A stretch of DNA of 64,000 nucleotides. Origin: Macrostomum lignano (Eukaryota). Numbering within the stretch: the stretch's first letter is position 1; every line of letters starts with the position of its first letter. The stretch covers positions 652,001-716,000 of the forward strand of contig NIVC01000186.1 of the NCBI GenBank assembly GCA_002269645.1, written 5' to 3'. The translations under genes were made by a program, and so were the position numbers. Shown piece after piece: positions 25,421 to 38,000 of the stretch. The notes under the pieces are model-generated. The model was not told where the DNA came from. It searched no databases and worked only from the letters and a program-made list of their open reading frames with translations.

Positions 25421-26347
25421 ATGGCGGAGCGCTCGGCCGCCTATCAGCTTCATCATGTGCAGCATCAGCAGCAACAACAACAGCAGCATCTGCAGACTCG
25501 CGTTAGCGATCATGCCTTCTGGGAGCAGGAGATGCGCGCGATTCAAGCCATCCCATCGGAACTGTCTGCATTCAAAAGCGCGGAGTTGCCGTTGGCTCGA
25601 ATCAAAAAGATTATGAAATTAGATGACGATGTTAAGACTATGATGATCGCAGCCGAGGCCCCGCTATTGTTCTCCAAGGCGGCTGAGATCTTCATTCGCG
25701 AGCTCACCTATCGAGCCTGGATGCACACAGAGCGGGCCAGACGGCGGACTCTTCAGCGTAACGATATTGCGCTAAGCGTTGGCGATCCGGAAACTGATCA
25801 ATTCGACTTTCTTATCGACATTGTGCCGAGAGATACGCCGCCGCCGTCGCTTCCGCCTCATCAGCAGCATCAGATGGCGCATTATCAACAGCAAACAGCA
25901 ATTGCTGGGCATAACAGCGCCAGCGCCGGTAGCAGCAGCAAGAATAACAATAATCACAATACTAATAATAATATTAATAAGTCCACTTCATCCTCGGCCG
26001 GCTCCTCGGCATCATCAACAATGGCGGCTGTGATCAGCAGCGGCGGTGGCTCGGCGCCAGTTCAATACGTTATCCAATTGCCAGTTGGTGCGGCTGCTGG
26101 TGGCCAGCTGGTTGGAGGCAGTGCCGGCCTGCAAGTTCAGTCACAGTCTCAGCAGCAGCAGCCGATGCAGATCTTCATCAGTCATCAGGAGGCCGCTGCA
26201 GCTGCCGCCGCTGCCGCTCCTACATCCGTAACGGTTTCTACTAGCATCCAGCCGGTTGACGTTAAGCCAATCATTACAACCGCGACGATGGTCAGTTCCT
26301 CAGCGACATCATCTGCTGCTGGTCCACCTGCACATGCCCAACTGTAG
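25421..26347 (+). CDS. NFYC: Nuclear transcription factor Y subunit gamma (NF-YC), single coding exon
   Basis: Histone fold [42 protein letters not shown]...[21 protein letters not shown]; Q/S/A-rich tail. First ATG at 25421 (the ORF track starts at TTG). Confidence 0.93.
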   Translation: MAERSAAYQLHHVQHQQQQQQQHLQTRVSDHAFWEQEMRAIQAIPSELSAFKSAELPLARIKKIMKLDDDVKTMMIAAEAPLLFSKAAEIFIRELTYRAWMHTERARRRTLQRNDIALSVGDPETDQFDFLIDIVPRDTPPPSLPPHQQHQMAHYQQQTAIAGHNSASAGSSSKNNNNHNTNNNINKSTSSSAGSSASSTMAAVISSGGGSAPVQYVIQLPVGAAAGGQLVGGSAGLQVQSQSQQQQPMQIFISHQEAAAAAAAAAPTSVTVSTSIQPVDVKPIITTATMVSSSATSSAAGPPAHAQL

Positions 26348-26464
26348 CGAGGGTCATTGGCGTTATTGTTTTAGTGATTGTTTTGTTCAGGTATTTCTGG
26401 TTTAGCTCTGAATAGTACTACTTGGTACTAGGACAAATTTGTTTGAAGTATTATGATTCTGTAT

Positions 26465-26830
26465 TTCCCTTCCAGACTCTTATGTTTAGAACCCCGTGTT
26501 TCACGGTTTGGGTTCCCTGTCCAGACACTAAGTTTAGAACTCCATGTTTCACTGGTTGAGTTCCCTTCCTAGACTCTGGGTTTAGAACTCCATGTTTCAC
26601 TAGTTGAGTTCCCTTTCTAGACTCTGGGCTTAGAACTCCATGTTTCACTGGTTGATTTCCCTTTCCAGACTCTGGCTTTAGAACTCCATGTTTCACTGGT
26701 TGGGTTGCCTTTCCAAGCTCTGGGTTTAGAACTCCATGTTTCACTGGTTGAGTTCCCTTTCCAAACTATGGGTTTAGAACTCCGTGTTTCACTGATTGAG
26801 TTCCCTTTCCAGACTCTAGGTTTAGACCCT
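26465..26830. repeat. 48-bp minisatellite downstream of NF-YC
   Basis: Unit TTTAGAACTCCATGTTTCACTGGTTGAGTTCCCTTTCCAGACTCTGGG. Confidence 0.92.
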
Positions 26831-27334
26831 TGCTTGAGAACTTCGTATGCGTTCAACAAAGGTTAGTAATAAAAGTATATTAACAGATTTTCCTACCCTC
26901 TCGAGTGGGTTATGTCGAACTTTCCCAGTGTTAAAATTTTGCGTTTTTGGTTTGATATTCCTATTGTCCATTAAAATTAAGGTGATCTGTTGTTTATTTC
27001 AATTAGTAGTTAAGAAAAAAGTTATTCGAGCTGTTCAATCAGTTGGCACTGCGTTTTTTGTGAAATATTATATTTACTCTGCAAATTGTTTTTTTACTGT
27101 TTTCTGTAGCTTCTGCTTCCATAAGTAGTATGCAGAGTGTGCACCATTAATCAGTTGATTTGCTTGTGTTTTTATGAAAATACGCCTTACTGTCTTCCTT
27201 TGTTTCTGCTGATGCTAACGGAAAATATCCATCGATTTCTTGCATCTTAACTGAGGTGTTTTCTTTGAACAACTTCTCTTGTGTTGCTCAATTTGTTTTT
27301 TTATAGCTTCAATGTACGCATTGTGTCGACCAAA

Positions 27335-27708
27335 CTCCCCAGTGCACACTGCTCCGGACACAACCCCAATCCCGCCCATAAAACACCCCAGGGCACACTG
27401 CTCCCGACACAACCCCACCCATAAAACACCTCAGTGTACACTGCTCTCGACGTAGCCCACCCATAAAACACCCAGTGTACACTGCTCTCGACGTAGCCCA
27501 CCCATAAAACACCCAGTGTACACTGCTCTCGACGTAGCCCACCCATAAAACACCCAGTGTACACTGCTCTCGACACAACCCCACCCATAAAACACCCCAG
27601 TGTACACTGCTCCCGACACAACCCCACCCATAAAACACCCCAGTGCACACTGCTCCCGACACAACCCCACCCATAAAACACCCCAGTGTACACTGCTCCC
27701 GACACAAC
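27335..27708. repeat. 43-bp C-rich minisatellite, block 1
   Basis: Unit CCCATAAAACACCCCAGTGTACACTGCTCCCGACACAACCCCA; same unit at 28508-29170. Confidence 0.95.
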
Positions 27709-28507
27709 TCCTTCCGATTCTGGCCTGTTGACACATAAAAATGCTTCCATTTGATGCAAGCAGGTTCATTTTTATTATTTGTTATTTGTCCTTCGAATTG
27801 GTGCCAATAAAAAGTTGAAGTGCGATCAAAGATAGAAAAGTTATTCAGCCAGTTTTTCAGGTTTTCAATTTTTCCTGTTTAAGCTTGCTTGTGGCCTTTC
27901 TGTGTACTCCTGTTTTCTTGTTTAAGCATTGCTGCGGGCATATAATGCAAACTGTTTAAGTTCATTCCAGTAGTTTTTATCGCTAATTGTTGTGTATGAG
28001 CGCAAAGCCATGCTTGTGCGTCAGTTGTTTTTATGTAGTGTATCATTATCGGCAGAATAGAAGCAAAATTATGGATATTATTTAATAAGCGGCAGCAGAT
28101 TTCACTGTTAGTATGATAACTGTTTGAGTGTCAGGTGAGCCTATTATTCATATTATCATTACTATTACTATTATCTTTATCACTACTGTTTCACTATTAT
28201 TATTCGAATTTAAGTTAATATTAATCGCAATAAACTGGCGAGTTCATTAAAACGATTATTTATTTTGCTTTTTGTCGTCCTAATTTTTAATAGTCTTTTA
28301 GTTCAAGATTATGGTAATATTTGGTTTTAGTTTGATTGCTTTACTCTCATTCTCGCGTAAGTTTCATGTTGCATCCTTGACAGTTTCAGCGCAACACTTC
28401 GTTTTAGGTGATTATTGTTTCGTTACCGAGGAATTCAAAACACTAGAAATTTCTAGACACCAAGTATTTAATTTATTATATATTGAATTAACAAAAGCTT
28501 ATTCCAC

Positions 28508-29170
28508 AAACACCCCAGTGTAGGCTGCTCCCGACACAACCCCATCCATAAAACACCCCAGTGTACACTGCTCCCGACGCAACCCCATCCATAAAACACC
28601 CCAGTGTACACTGCTCCCGACGCAACCCCAGCCATAAAACACCCCAGTGTACACTGCTCCCGACACAACCCCAGCCATAAAACACACCAGTGCACACTGC
28701 TCCCGACACAACCCCATCCATAAAACACCCCAGTGTACACTGCTCCCGACGCAACCCCATCCATAAAACACCCCAGTGCACACTGCTCCCGACGCAACCC
28801 CATCCATAAAACACCCCAGTGCACACTGCTCCCGACGCAACCCCACCCATAAAACACCCCAGTGCACACTGCTCCCGACGCAACCCCAGCCATAAAACAC
28901 CCCAGTGTACACTGCTCCCGACACAACCCCACTCATAAAACACCCCAGTGCACACTGCTCCCGACGCAACCCCAGCCATAAAACACCCCAGTGCACACTG
29001 CTCCCGACGCAACCCCACCCATAAAACACCCCAGTGCACACTGCTCCCGACGCAACCCCAGCCATAAAACACCCCAGTGTACACTGCTTCCGACACAACC
29101 CCACTCATAAAACACCCCAGTGCACACTGCTCCCGACGCAACCCCACCCATAAAACACCCCAGTGCAGGC
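28508..29170. repeat. 43-bp C-rich minisatellite, block 2, ending ~65 nt before the ATMIN ATG
   Basis: Same unit and orientation as 27335-27708. Confidence 0.95.
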
Positions 29171-29236
29171 TGCTTTAAATTTCTGTTATTTCATGAAGTT
29201 GCCAACTGTGCAGCGAGTTAACAGACGCTGACTAGC

Positions 29237-30639
29237 ATGCTTCCCGGCCAGGGGGATGGTGATCAACAGCGGCAGCAGCCGGCTGTACTGAAAATCACTC
29301 CAACAAAAGCCGAGCTCATTAGAGAGTTCAGCTGTCCGGAATTTCCGCTAGTATGCACTCTGTGCAATTTGCCATTCCGTTCCACTAGCAATCTGCGCTT
29401 TCACATGGTCAAGACTCACCGCTGCTCTGATCCGAGCGCCGCTCTGGCCGCGGCCGTGTCAGCGGCTCCGGAAATCAAGCGCTACCATTGTCCGGAGATC
29501 AACTGTCCGTATAGCGAGTTGCGGGGAGAGTTTTTTACAACTCTGTCTAGAGTTAAACAGGTTAGATGTTTTTTATTTTCGGCTTCGTGTGAGATGAGTT
29601 ACAGAATCTCCACGGCAGTGTCAGCAGGGAATTCCCTGCAGTGTCAGCAGGGAATCCCCCTAGCAGTGTCAGCAGGGAATCCCCCCTAGCAGTGTCAGCA
29701 GGGAATCCCCCCTAGCAGTGTCAGCAGAAAATCCCCCAGAAGTTTCAGCAGGGAATCCCCCCTAGCAGTGTCAGCAGGGAATCCCCTAGCAGTATTAGCA
29801 GGGAATCCTCCTAGCAGTGTCAGCAGGAAATCCCTTAAACAATTTCCAAACGCTCAATCCTGCAGCACTACAGCTGGAAGCACGTGGAGAAGAAATCCCA
29901 GTGCCGCTACTGTTCCCGCCGCTTCCCATCCGACTCTCTGCTCGGCCTTCACCTGCGCGACTGCGGCAGATTCTTCAATTGTGAAGAGTGCTCCCGGTTC
30001 TATCGGGATTTGAAAAACTTGCGCAGCCACTTCAAGAAGACTGGCCACGGCGCTAACAGCATCTTCAATCAGCGCCAACGACGCAGGCCGCAGTGCCGCG
30101 GACTGAAGAATGAACAGCGGCGGACTGGCAACGCCGAAGACGTTGATCTGGACGATCGAGTTGTTCAGAGTCCCGCCGCAGCCAGCGGCTTCGGTGGCGA
30201 CGTCAGCGCGTCGCTCGCCAGTGCTCCGGCCGTCAGTGAGTCGCCAAAGCCAATGAACCTGGTGATTGTGCTCACCGGCCTTGGCGGCGGCGCTCCCTCA
30301 GCCTCGGTGATGTCCGTCTCAGCTGATGCGGCCGCCGCCGCGGCTAAAGCTACGGCTGCCAGCAGCGCTAACGCCAGCGCTAATGCTAACAATGCATCGG
30401 GCCCAACAAGCCGTTACCGGCCGCTGGTGCCCCGGCCGCTGCCAACTGAGACCCGAGCCTGCCAGACAGACTCGGCCCTGACTAATGAGTTTCACCCGCC
30501 GTCTTACCTGTACAGCCAGCAGCAGCCAATGCTGTACAGGGCGCATCATCACACTGGCCCAGTGATGGTGCACGATCATGCCAGCTTCCGGGGCTCCAGC
30601 TGTTCCAATTTTGCTGTTGTGTCATTTCAAGATTCCAAT

Positions 30640-30682
<43 letters not shown>

Positions 30683-31041
30683 GCACTATGCATACTCAGA
30701 CAGAGTACACTTCTCCTATTGCTACGGATGGTTACTCTGTTGGGGTCCAGTACTCTTATCAGCAGCAGCAGCAGCAACAGCAGGCGACTCAATCGTCTCA
30801 ATCCAACAATTCCGGCATAACTCAAGGCGTCTGCGTTGGCTCCGGCGCCTCACCGCCCATCACTCTGGGCATTCAGGCTGGCCCAGATCCGCTTGAGCAG
30901 CTGCTCGACATGGAGACTCAAACTAACGACGCGTTCGGCAGCGGCTTTGCCGGCTGCGAGATGGAAACTCAAACTTACGAAGAGTTCGACTGGGAGACCG
31001 TGTTCGGCATTGTTAATCGGCGCTCCACTGGTGTGGGATAA
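29237..31041 (+). CDS. ATMIN: ATM interactor (ATMIN/ASCIZ) zinc-finger protein, 2 exons, 499 aa
   Basis: Exons 29237-29560 and 29866-31041; YHCP..NCP..F.TLSRVKQ|HYSWKHVEKK..C..C..H..DCGR.F.C..C..Y.....L.SH.KKTGH; dynein light chain LC8-type motifs ACQTD, HTQTE, ETQTN, ETQTY. Confidence 0.87.
29615..29830. repeat. ~23-24-bp minisatellite (GCAGTGTCAGCAGGGAATCCCCCTA-like) in the ATMIN intron
   Basis: Tandem units inside intron 29561-29865. Confidence 0.9.
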
Positions 31042-31234
31042 TTTTCCCATTGATTTCCAGTAACCCAGTGGCCGTATTGATAATTGATGATTGATAAATA
31101 TAAAGCACCAATTCGTTTGCTATTGATATCTTCTGTTCTATAATTATGTCTAACATTGATCCAGTACACAGTTACAAGACAAAAGCCTTAAGTGCTTCAG
31201 CGTCTATGGATCCAAGCCTACCAAATCTACAATA

Positions 31235-31648
31235 TCATTCAGGCTCGTCCTGAATCATTCAGGCTGGCCATCAATCATTCAGGCTCGTCCTGAATCATTC
31301 AGGCTCATCATGAATCATTCAGGCTGGCCATCAATCATTCAGGCTCGTCATGAATCATTCAGGCTCGTCAATGAATCATTCAGACTTGTCATGAATCATT
31401 CAGGCTCGTCAATGAATTATTCAGACTGGCCATCAATCATTCAGGCTCGTCATGAATCATTCAGGCTCGTCAATGAATCATTCAGACTTGTCATGAATCA
31501 TTCAGGCTCGTCATGAATCATTCAGGCTCGTCATGAATCATTCAGGCTGGCCATAAATCATTCAGGCTCGTCAATGAATTATTCAGACTTGTCATGAATC
31601 ATTCAGGCTCGTCATGAATCATTCAGATTCGTCATGAATCATTCAGGT
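31235..31648. repeat. Mosaic minisatellite (TGAATCATTCAGGCTCGTCA) 3' of ATMIN
   Basis: Tandem units read directly. Confidence 0.9.
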
Positions 31649-32259
31649 TCTTTACTAATCTTATCAAATCCTGAATGTTTGAAGAATGCTGCTTAAATCA
31701 ACCCATTATAATCTTAATCCTCAGGCTCCGTGAGCCTTTCGTGTTTAAATAATTATTTGCTTGATCAAATTTTACTAGATCGCCCGTTTCACTCTACTGT
31801 TAGTAACGCCCACTGCTTCTGCACTAATTGTTTAAAAAGATAATTTTACGGTTAAACCACACCTTGATACTTATTGCACTGTATCTGCCAACTGAGTGCC
31901 AACAAAATGTGATGTATTCGCGTGTGCCCTGTGTTTGCGGTCACAAACTCATCTATAATTCAGTAGGCTACTAAGTGCCGAGCCATTTGTAGTAGTTCTT
32001 CTACTGTTTTGCTTTCAGTGAGCGACAAATTTCTGTCTGGCACAAGTTAAACACGTTTTTTGCAGCTGTCTCTTTAGTTAATATTTGTTTAACATTTTTG
32101 CTAATCATTGTCTTCCAATATTGTATGTAGCTTTATTTATGCAGCCATGAAAACATTCTCAATATCTTCATCTCAACCCTAGAGCTAGCCTAAATCCCCA
32201 TTTTTAAACATCATCCCTAGATCTTTATCCCAATCGCTAGGTCACATTCCTTAGTCTCA

Positions 32260-32810
32260 TCACACAATCTCATCTCATATCCCATATGAAGATCCCCATC
32301 TTTGAATCTCTTCCCATGACCCCATCCTAAGATCCCCATCATTGAATCTCATCTCAAGACCCCTATCTTTGAATCTCATCCCAAGACCCCATCCCAAAAT
32401 CCCCATCCCAAAATCCCCATCCCAAGATTTCCATCCCAAAATCCCCATCCCAAAATCGCCATTCTAAGATCCTCATCCCATAATCCCCAACCTAAGATCC
32501 TCATACCAAAATCCCCATCCTAATATCCCCATCCCAAAATCCCCATCCTAAGATCATTCCAAGATCCCCATCTTTGAATCTTACCCAAGACCCCAATCTT
32601 TGAATCTCACCCCAAGACCCCAATCTTTGAATCTTATCCCAAGACCCCATCCCAAGATTTCCATCCTAAGATCCCCATTTCAAGATCCCCATCCCAAAAT
32701 CCCTATCCCAAGATCCCCATCTCATGATCCCATCCTCGAATCTAATGCCAAGATCCCTATCCCAAACGCTCATCCCAAGACCCCATCCCTAGGACTCCAT
32801 CTCTAGATTC
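32260..32810. repeat. Degenerate ~14-bp C-rich minisatellite (CCCCATCCCAAGAT)
   Basis: Tandem units read directly. Confidence 0.85.
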
Positions 32811-33147
32811 CCTAGCGATAATTATTTCCACTCTCAATCGGCTCCATCGTAATTGAAAGCACATAAAATCATATCGCTTCAATTTCTGTGCTTTAATGTA
32901 ATCCCCAGTTGCGAGCATTGTTCTAAAAAAATTTCAACTCGTTCCAAATACTTCCATGACCAACTTTGCCGATCAACGAAACAACAATTATACTCGTAAA
33001 TAAACAAAATAAATCACTTAACACGTTAGACCAGTTTGTACTTCAATTTTAACCGAATGACTGCTGATTGACTGACAATTTTTTGGTCGATCTTTGTCTA
33101 CTCCGAATTGGACCAAAATGTTAAAATGTAATTTAGATATTTATTAA

Positions 33148-33760
33148 CAGTAGAAAGACCACGGGGGTGTATTTCAAATACACACATTTTTTTTGTCTGG
33201 ATCTCCGAAAATATTCAACCAATTGCCATCAAAATCCAGAACACGGGCTAAAATTTTCCGCTCTATTCGATGAAGCAACTCCAAGGAGAATCACGAAAAA
33301 TCGGAATCGTCGAGATTTTCAACGATTCTCCTCGGGGTGTCCGGTGGCAAAAACCACCAACATTGGCAAATTTTTTCTGTTCACAAAATCTCATCATGAA
33401 ACCACGTCGGCTCAGGAAACTATGCATATCAGTCGTAAAGGCCTTTGTTCTCAGCATCCCAGGAACTAGGGTCCCCTTCATCACCGTCTGGAGCATCGGC
33501 GGCGACCGTCAGGACCTTCAACAAAAGCACCCGATCGGCATCGCAGAGACGGGTGCGTTCCCAAAACTGAAATGGAAGAATCCTCTTCTGCATGCAGCAT
33601 TCAGTCAGTAGACATTAATCGGTGAATGAAATGGACGACGGCGACCCTCTAGGTTGACCTGTAGACATACAAGCGACGTTCGGGACCTTCAACGGAGTGC
33701 CACCACGCGGCCCCGACTAGCTAGTCCACGTAGGTCCACGTAGTCGGGGTCTTTCTACTG
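33148..33760. mobile_element. 613-bp non-autonomous DNA transposon with TTAA TSD
   Basis: TTAA|CAGTAGAAAGACC ... GGTCTTTCTACTG|TTAA; perfect 13-bp TIR; subterminal hairpin CCCCGACTA...TAGTCGGGG. Confidence 0.85.
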
Positions 33761-34717
33761 TTAAGATAGGCTGTTCGAAGCATTCTCTGTGACCCGTGTA
33801 TCTTAATGGGCTATTATGGATTCCCCCCCCCGATTCGAGTTTTCACCCAACTCGCTGCTTTCTCTTTCTCCCTCCATATTCTTGTCTTCTTGTACTAAAA
33901 GAGAGATTCTTTGCCTAGAGAAGCGGAGGCCTGACAGGGGGGGGGCGGTTTATCAATAATTGATAGCACACTCTGCTGATGCATGCGGCCCTGGTCGCAC
34001 TAAATAAGACAGAGACTCGAAAATCAGCAGGGCAGGGGGCACAGAGATGACAGCGGGTCTTCTTTTGCCTGTGTAGTATTTAAATAATATAGTGTAGTGC
34101 TGTATGACTGACTGGCTCCATTTGCTATTTGGCTTGTGACAACCGGCGCTTCTAGGCTAGATTTCTATAGCTAATTATCAAATCGCCTGCATGCTATAGC
34201 TCGAGTGTTTGACGTGTAAAGCTGCGCTGGAGTGGGAGGCGATAGTGTGACCTGTCAATTATCAATTCCCTGCAGGCAGTAGCTGCTGGGCAGGCTGAAT
34301 CCACTCGAATCGATGTCTGCTCTAGCCGGGGAGAGTTCTCTACGCATTAGGGTGTCCCAAGTGCTATATAGGCCAACCTATTAGTGCTAGGGCGGGCGGT
34401 TTCTAATCGTTCCGGATTCTCTTGGGAACCTGTTGCTGAAAGCGGAACCGCGCGTGTTGCTTTTGTTTTATATTGGCGCCAATGTTTTTGGCGAGCCTCA
34501 ATAAAATCCGGAATTTTTTTGTTCTAATCAGCGTTCCGGATGGGCTTAAGAGGGTTATTGGCAGAGTTGAAAGCCAACTCAGGCGACGACTGGGGTGGCG
34601 TGAAGAGCGGCTAAATGCAGGCTTTTGAAATGCCTCTCAGAATTCTCTCCGTTTTGAGTGCTTTTATTAAAGACTGATAACAATTCGCTCAATATAGTCT
34701 GTTCTGCCATCTGTTCA

Positions 34718-34806
<89 letters not shown>

Positions 34807-34829
34807 GGCTGTCTGTCTGGCTGTCTGGC

Positions 34830-34881
<52 letters not shown>

Positions 34882-34926
34882 CATCTATCTATCTATCTGT
34901 TTATCCATCCATCCATCTATCTGTCC

Positions 34927-35018
<92 letters not shown>

Positions 35019-35048
35019 GTTCATCCATCCATCCATCCATCTATCAAG

Positions 35049-35125
<77 letters not shown>

Positions 35126-35150
35126 CATCTATCTGTTCATCCATCCATCC

Positions 35151-35242
<92 letters not shown>

Positions 35243-35534
35243 CTCTGTCTATCGACATTCGTTTCTCTCGCTATCCGCCTGCACCGGAGCGGTTACGAAA
35301 ATTAGATTTCTCGGTAGTTGCACGTACTCTTTTGCACTACTTGAGTAGTCTGATTTTCGTTCGGCATAGCTGGTTCCAGCAGGTAGTTCCTCTGGATAAA
35401 AGCGCTTACCGCGCCCATTGGCTTTCCAGCTGCCTTAATCGTTTCCGGTGATCTTGTGTGCGTGCTTTCAGCTTGATTGGCTGCGGCAAGCAAGCTCGAA
35501 AGAGCTCGCTTCGCTCGCTCTTTCTCGCTATCTA

Positions 35535-35580
<46 letters not shown>

Positions 35581-35620
35581 CTCTGTCTATCGACATTCGT
35601 TTCTCTCGCTATCCGCCTCC
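34718..35620. repeat. Compound (GTCT)n/(ATCT)n microsatellite, with a second (ATCT)n tract sharing the same ~45-bp right flank
   Basis: CTCTGTCTATCGACATTCGTTTCTCTCGCTATCCGCCT follows both tracts (~35243 and ~35581). Confidence 0.92.
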
Positions 35621-36477
35621 GCTCCCTGGAGACGACGCGCTTGCACCTTCACCTGTATTGATTCTCAGGCTTTGCTTGCATCTTTTCACAATATGCGCCG
35701 TACCCACGGCGGCAGAGGTTGGCGCAAGAAATCTGATACCGCTAGATTCCGGTAGAATTCCCATGAAGTGCCCAAGTTTAGTAACTGACTGGCAACGAGT
35801 CAACACGCCAAGCAACAGCAGCAGGCTTTACGGCATCCGCTGTTTTCTGCCCCCCCCCCTCCTCTCTCCCTCTCTCTGTCTCTTCTCTCGGGCGATCCTG
35901 TCAATAACTGCGAGAGCCGAGTCAGCCAGCCAGCCAGCCTGATGGCTGCTCGGACATCCCTGAGCACGCAATTCGCATGGGAATAGGTAGCTATGGAGTT
36001 TGGCTGACACGGATAAGCGCAAGGCATTAGAGCATCGCCCTGAGCCTGCTCGTGTCGGGCCATCCTCACCTAATGGAAATCCACTAATTGGCACGAAGTG
36101 TTGAGTGGGTAGCGGATAGCTTCAGCGACCAGTTGTTGAGTAGGGGATGGGGGGAGACGATTCGGGATGAGTTATCACCTTGCAGACCTGAGACAGGTGA
36201 ATGTGAGCTGGTTTTGCAATTTCATTTCAGATCATTTACCTAGTACTCGATTTCAAGGCGTGCAATACGGCTCTGGGCATTTTAATTGCGATCACAAGTG
36301 TGCGTCACTACTTTCTGCTTCATCTATATGGCTTTCATTGCCTATCTGAAGCACATGGATGTTTTGATGATCAAAATTTTTATCCACAGAAAAATGTGCG
36401 CTCAAAATTATCTGCACTGTCATTCCATCAGCTTTGGTAGAAGTAATTGGTGGCATTTCTGAGTCACTCAAGCATGC

Positions 36478-37340
36478 TTGGTCATCTGGGGAGATTTCTG
36501 AGCACTGCCACTCCAGCATCCCTGGTCATCTGGGGAGATTTCTGAGCACTGTCAGTCCAGCATTCTTGGTCATCTGGAGAGCTTTCTGAGCAGTGTCACT
36601 CCAGCATCCTTGTTCATCTGAAGAGATTTCTGAGCAGTGTCACTCCAGCATCTGTGGTCATCTGGAGAGATTTCTGAGCAGTGTCACTCCAGCATCCTTG
36701 GTCATCTGGAGAGAATTCTGAGCACTGCCACTCCAGCATCTGTGGTCATCTGGAGAGATTTCTGAGCACTGTCAGTCCAGCATCTGGTCACCTGGGGAGA
36801 TTTCTGAGCACTGTCAGTCCAGCATGTTTAGTCATCTGGGGAGATTTCTGAGCACTGTCACTCCAGCATCTGTGGTCATCTAGAGAGATTTCTGAGCACT
36901 GCCACTCCAGCATCCTTGGTCATCTGGAGAGATTTCTGAGTACTGCCACTCCAGCATCCTTGGTCATCTGGAGAGATTTCTGAGCACTGCCACTCCAGCA
37001 TCCTTGGTCATCTGGAGAGATTTCTGAGCACTGCCACTCCAGCATCCTTGGTCATCTGGAGAGATTTCTGAGCACTGCCACTCCAGCATCCCTGGTCATC
37101 TGGAGAGATTTCTGAGCAGTGCCACTCCAGCATCCTTGTTCATCTGGAGAGATTTCTGAGGAGTGTCACTCCAGCATCTGTGGTCATCTGGAGAGATTTC
37201 TGAGCACTGCCACTCCAGCATCCTTAGTCATCTGGGGAGATTTCTGAGCACTGTCAGTCCAGCATCATTGGTCATCTGGAGAGATTTCTGAGCAGTGTCA
37301 CTCCAGCATCTGTGGTCATCTGGAGAGATTTCTGAGTACT
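36478..37340. repeat. 44-bp minisatellite upstream of the prepropeptide gene
   Basis: Unit GAGATTTCTGAGCACTGCCACTCCAGCATCCTTGGTCATCTGGA. Confidence 0.95.
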
Positions 37341-37555
37341 GTTACACGTTGGCATTCGGCCGTCTCCGCTCTGATTGGCTGATAGCCATCTGGACCTGTT
37401 CCATCCCCCGCAAATGAGGAGGCGATGCCTATTATAATCCTCTGCGGAAGTTGCTTTCACAGTGCGCGATTCCTGGCAGCAAAACAGCTTATAGACTCAC
37501 CACTGGTCCATAAAGCAACGGAGAAAATATCTGATCTGCATAAACGACTGAGACG

Positions 37556-38000
37556 ATGAAGCTGATCACTGTGCTGCTGGTTGCTTTGATTGGTAAGCAA
37601 AACTGATCCAAGAATATCCTCTTGAGTTGGGTATAAAGTTTCCCTTATGAATTATGGATTACAAGGAACCATTAAAATTACAGCCGCCGCAGCCATCTGT
37701 AGCGCCCGTCCACTGGAGGTGCGCCGATTTGGGTGAGGAAAATTCAGTTTTGATGATGATGCATGACTTGTACTTCTAAGAAATCATCTGAACAACCTGC
37801 AACTGCCCCGCAGAGGCAAGCGCTGGTGGCCCGTGAAGTACTATGACGCTGACAACATCCAGGTGAAGAGAGTTGGCCACGGCAGGCCCTCCCTGGAGCT
37901 GCCAGCCAGCGCCTGGGATAATTATCCCGATTCCTACATTAGCAAGCGCTGGTGGCCCGTGAATCCACACGAAGGATCCGGCAATAGGCGGCGTCGTTAA
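37556..38000 (+). CDS. Secreted prepropeptide (neuropeptide-precursor-like), 3 exons, 101 aa
   Basis: Exons 37556-37592, 37684-37732, 37781-38000 (GTAAGC/TTACAG; GTGAGG/TCTAAG) give MKLITVLLVALIAAAAICSARPLEVRRFGNHLNNLQLPRRGKRWWPVKYYDADNIQVKRVGHGRPSLELPASAWDNYPDSYISKRWWPVNPHEGSGNRRRR*. Confidence 0.78.
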
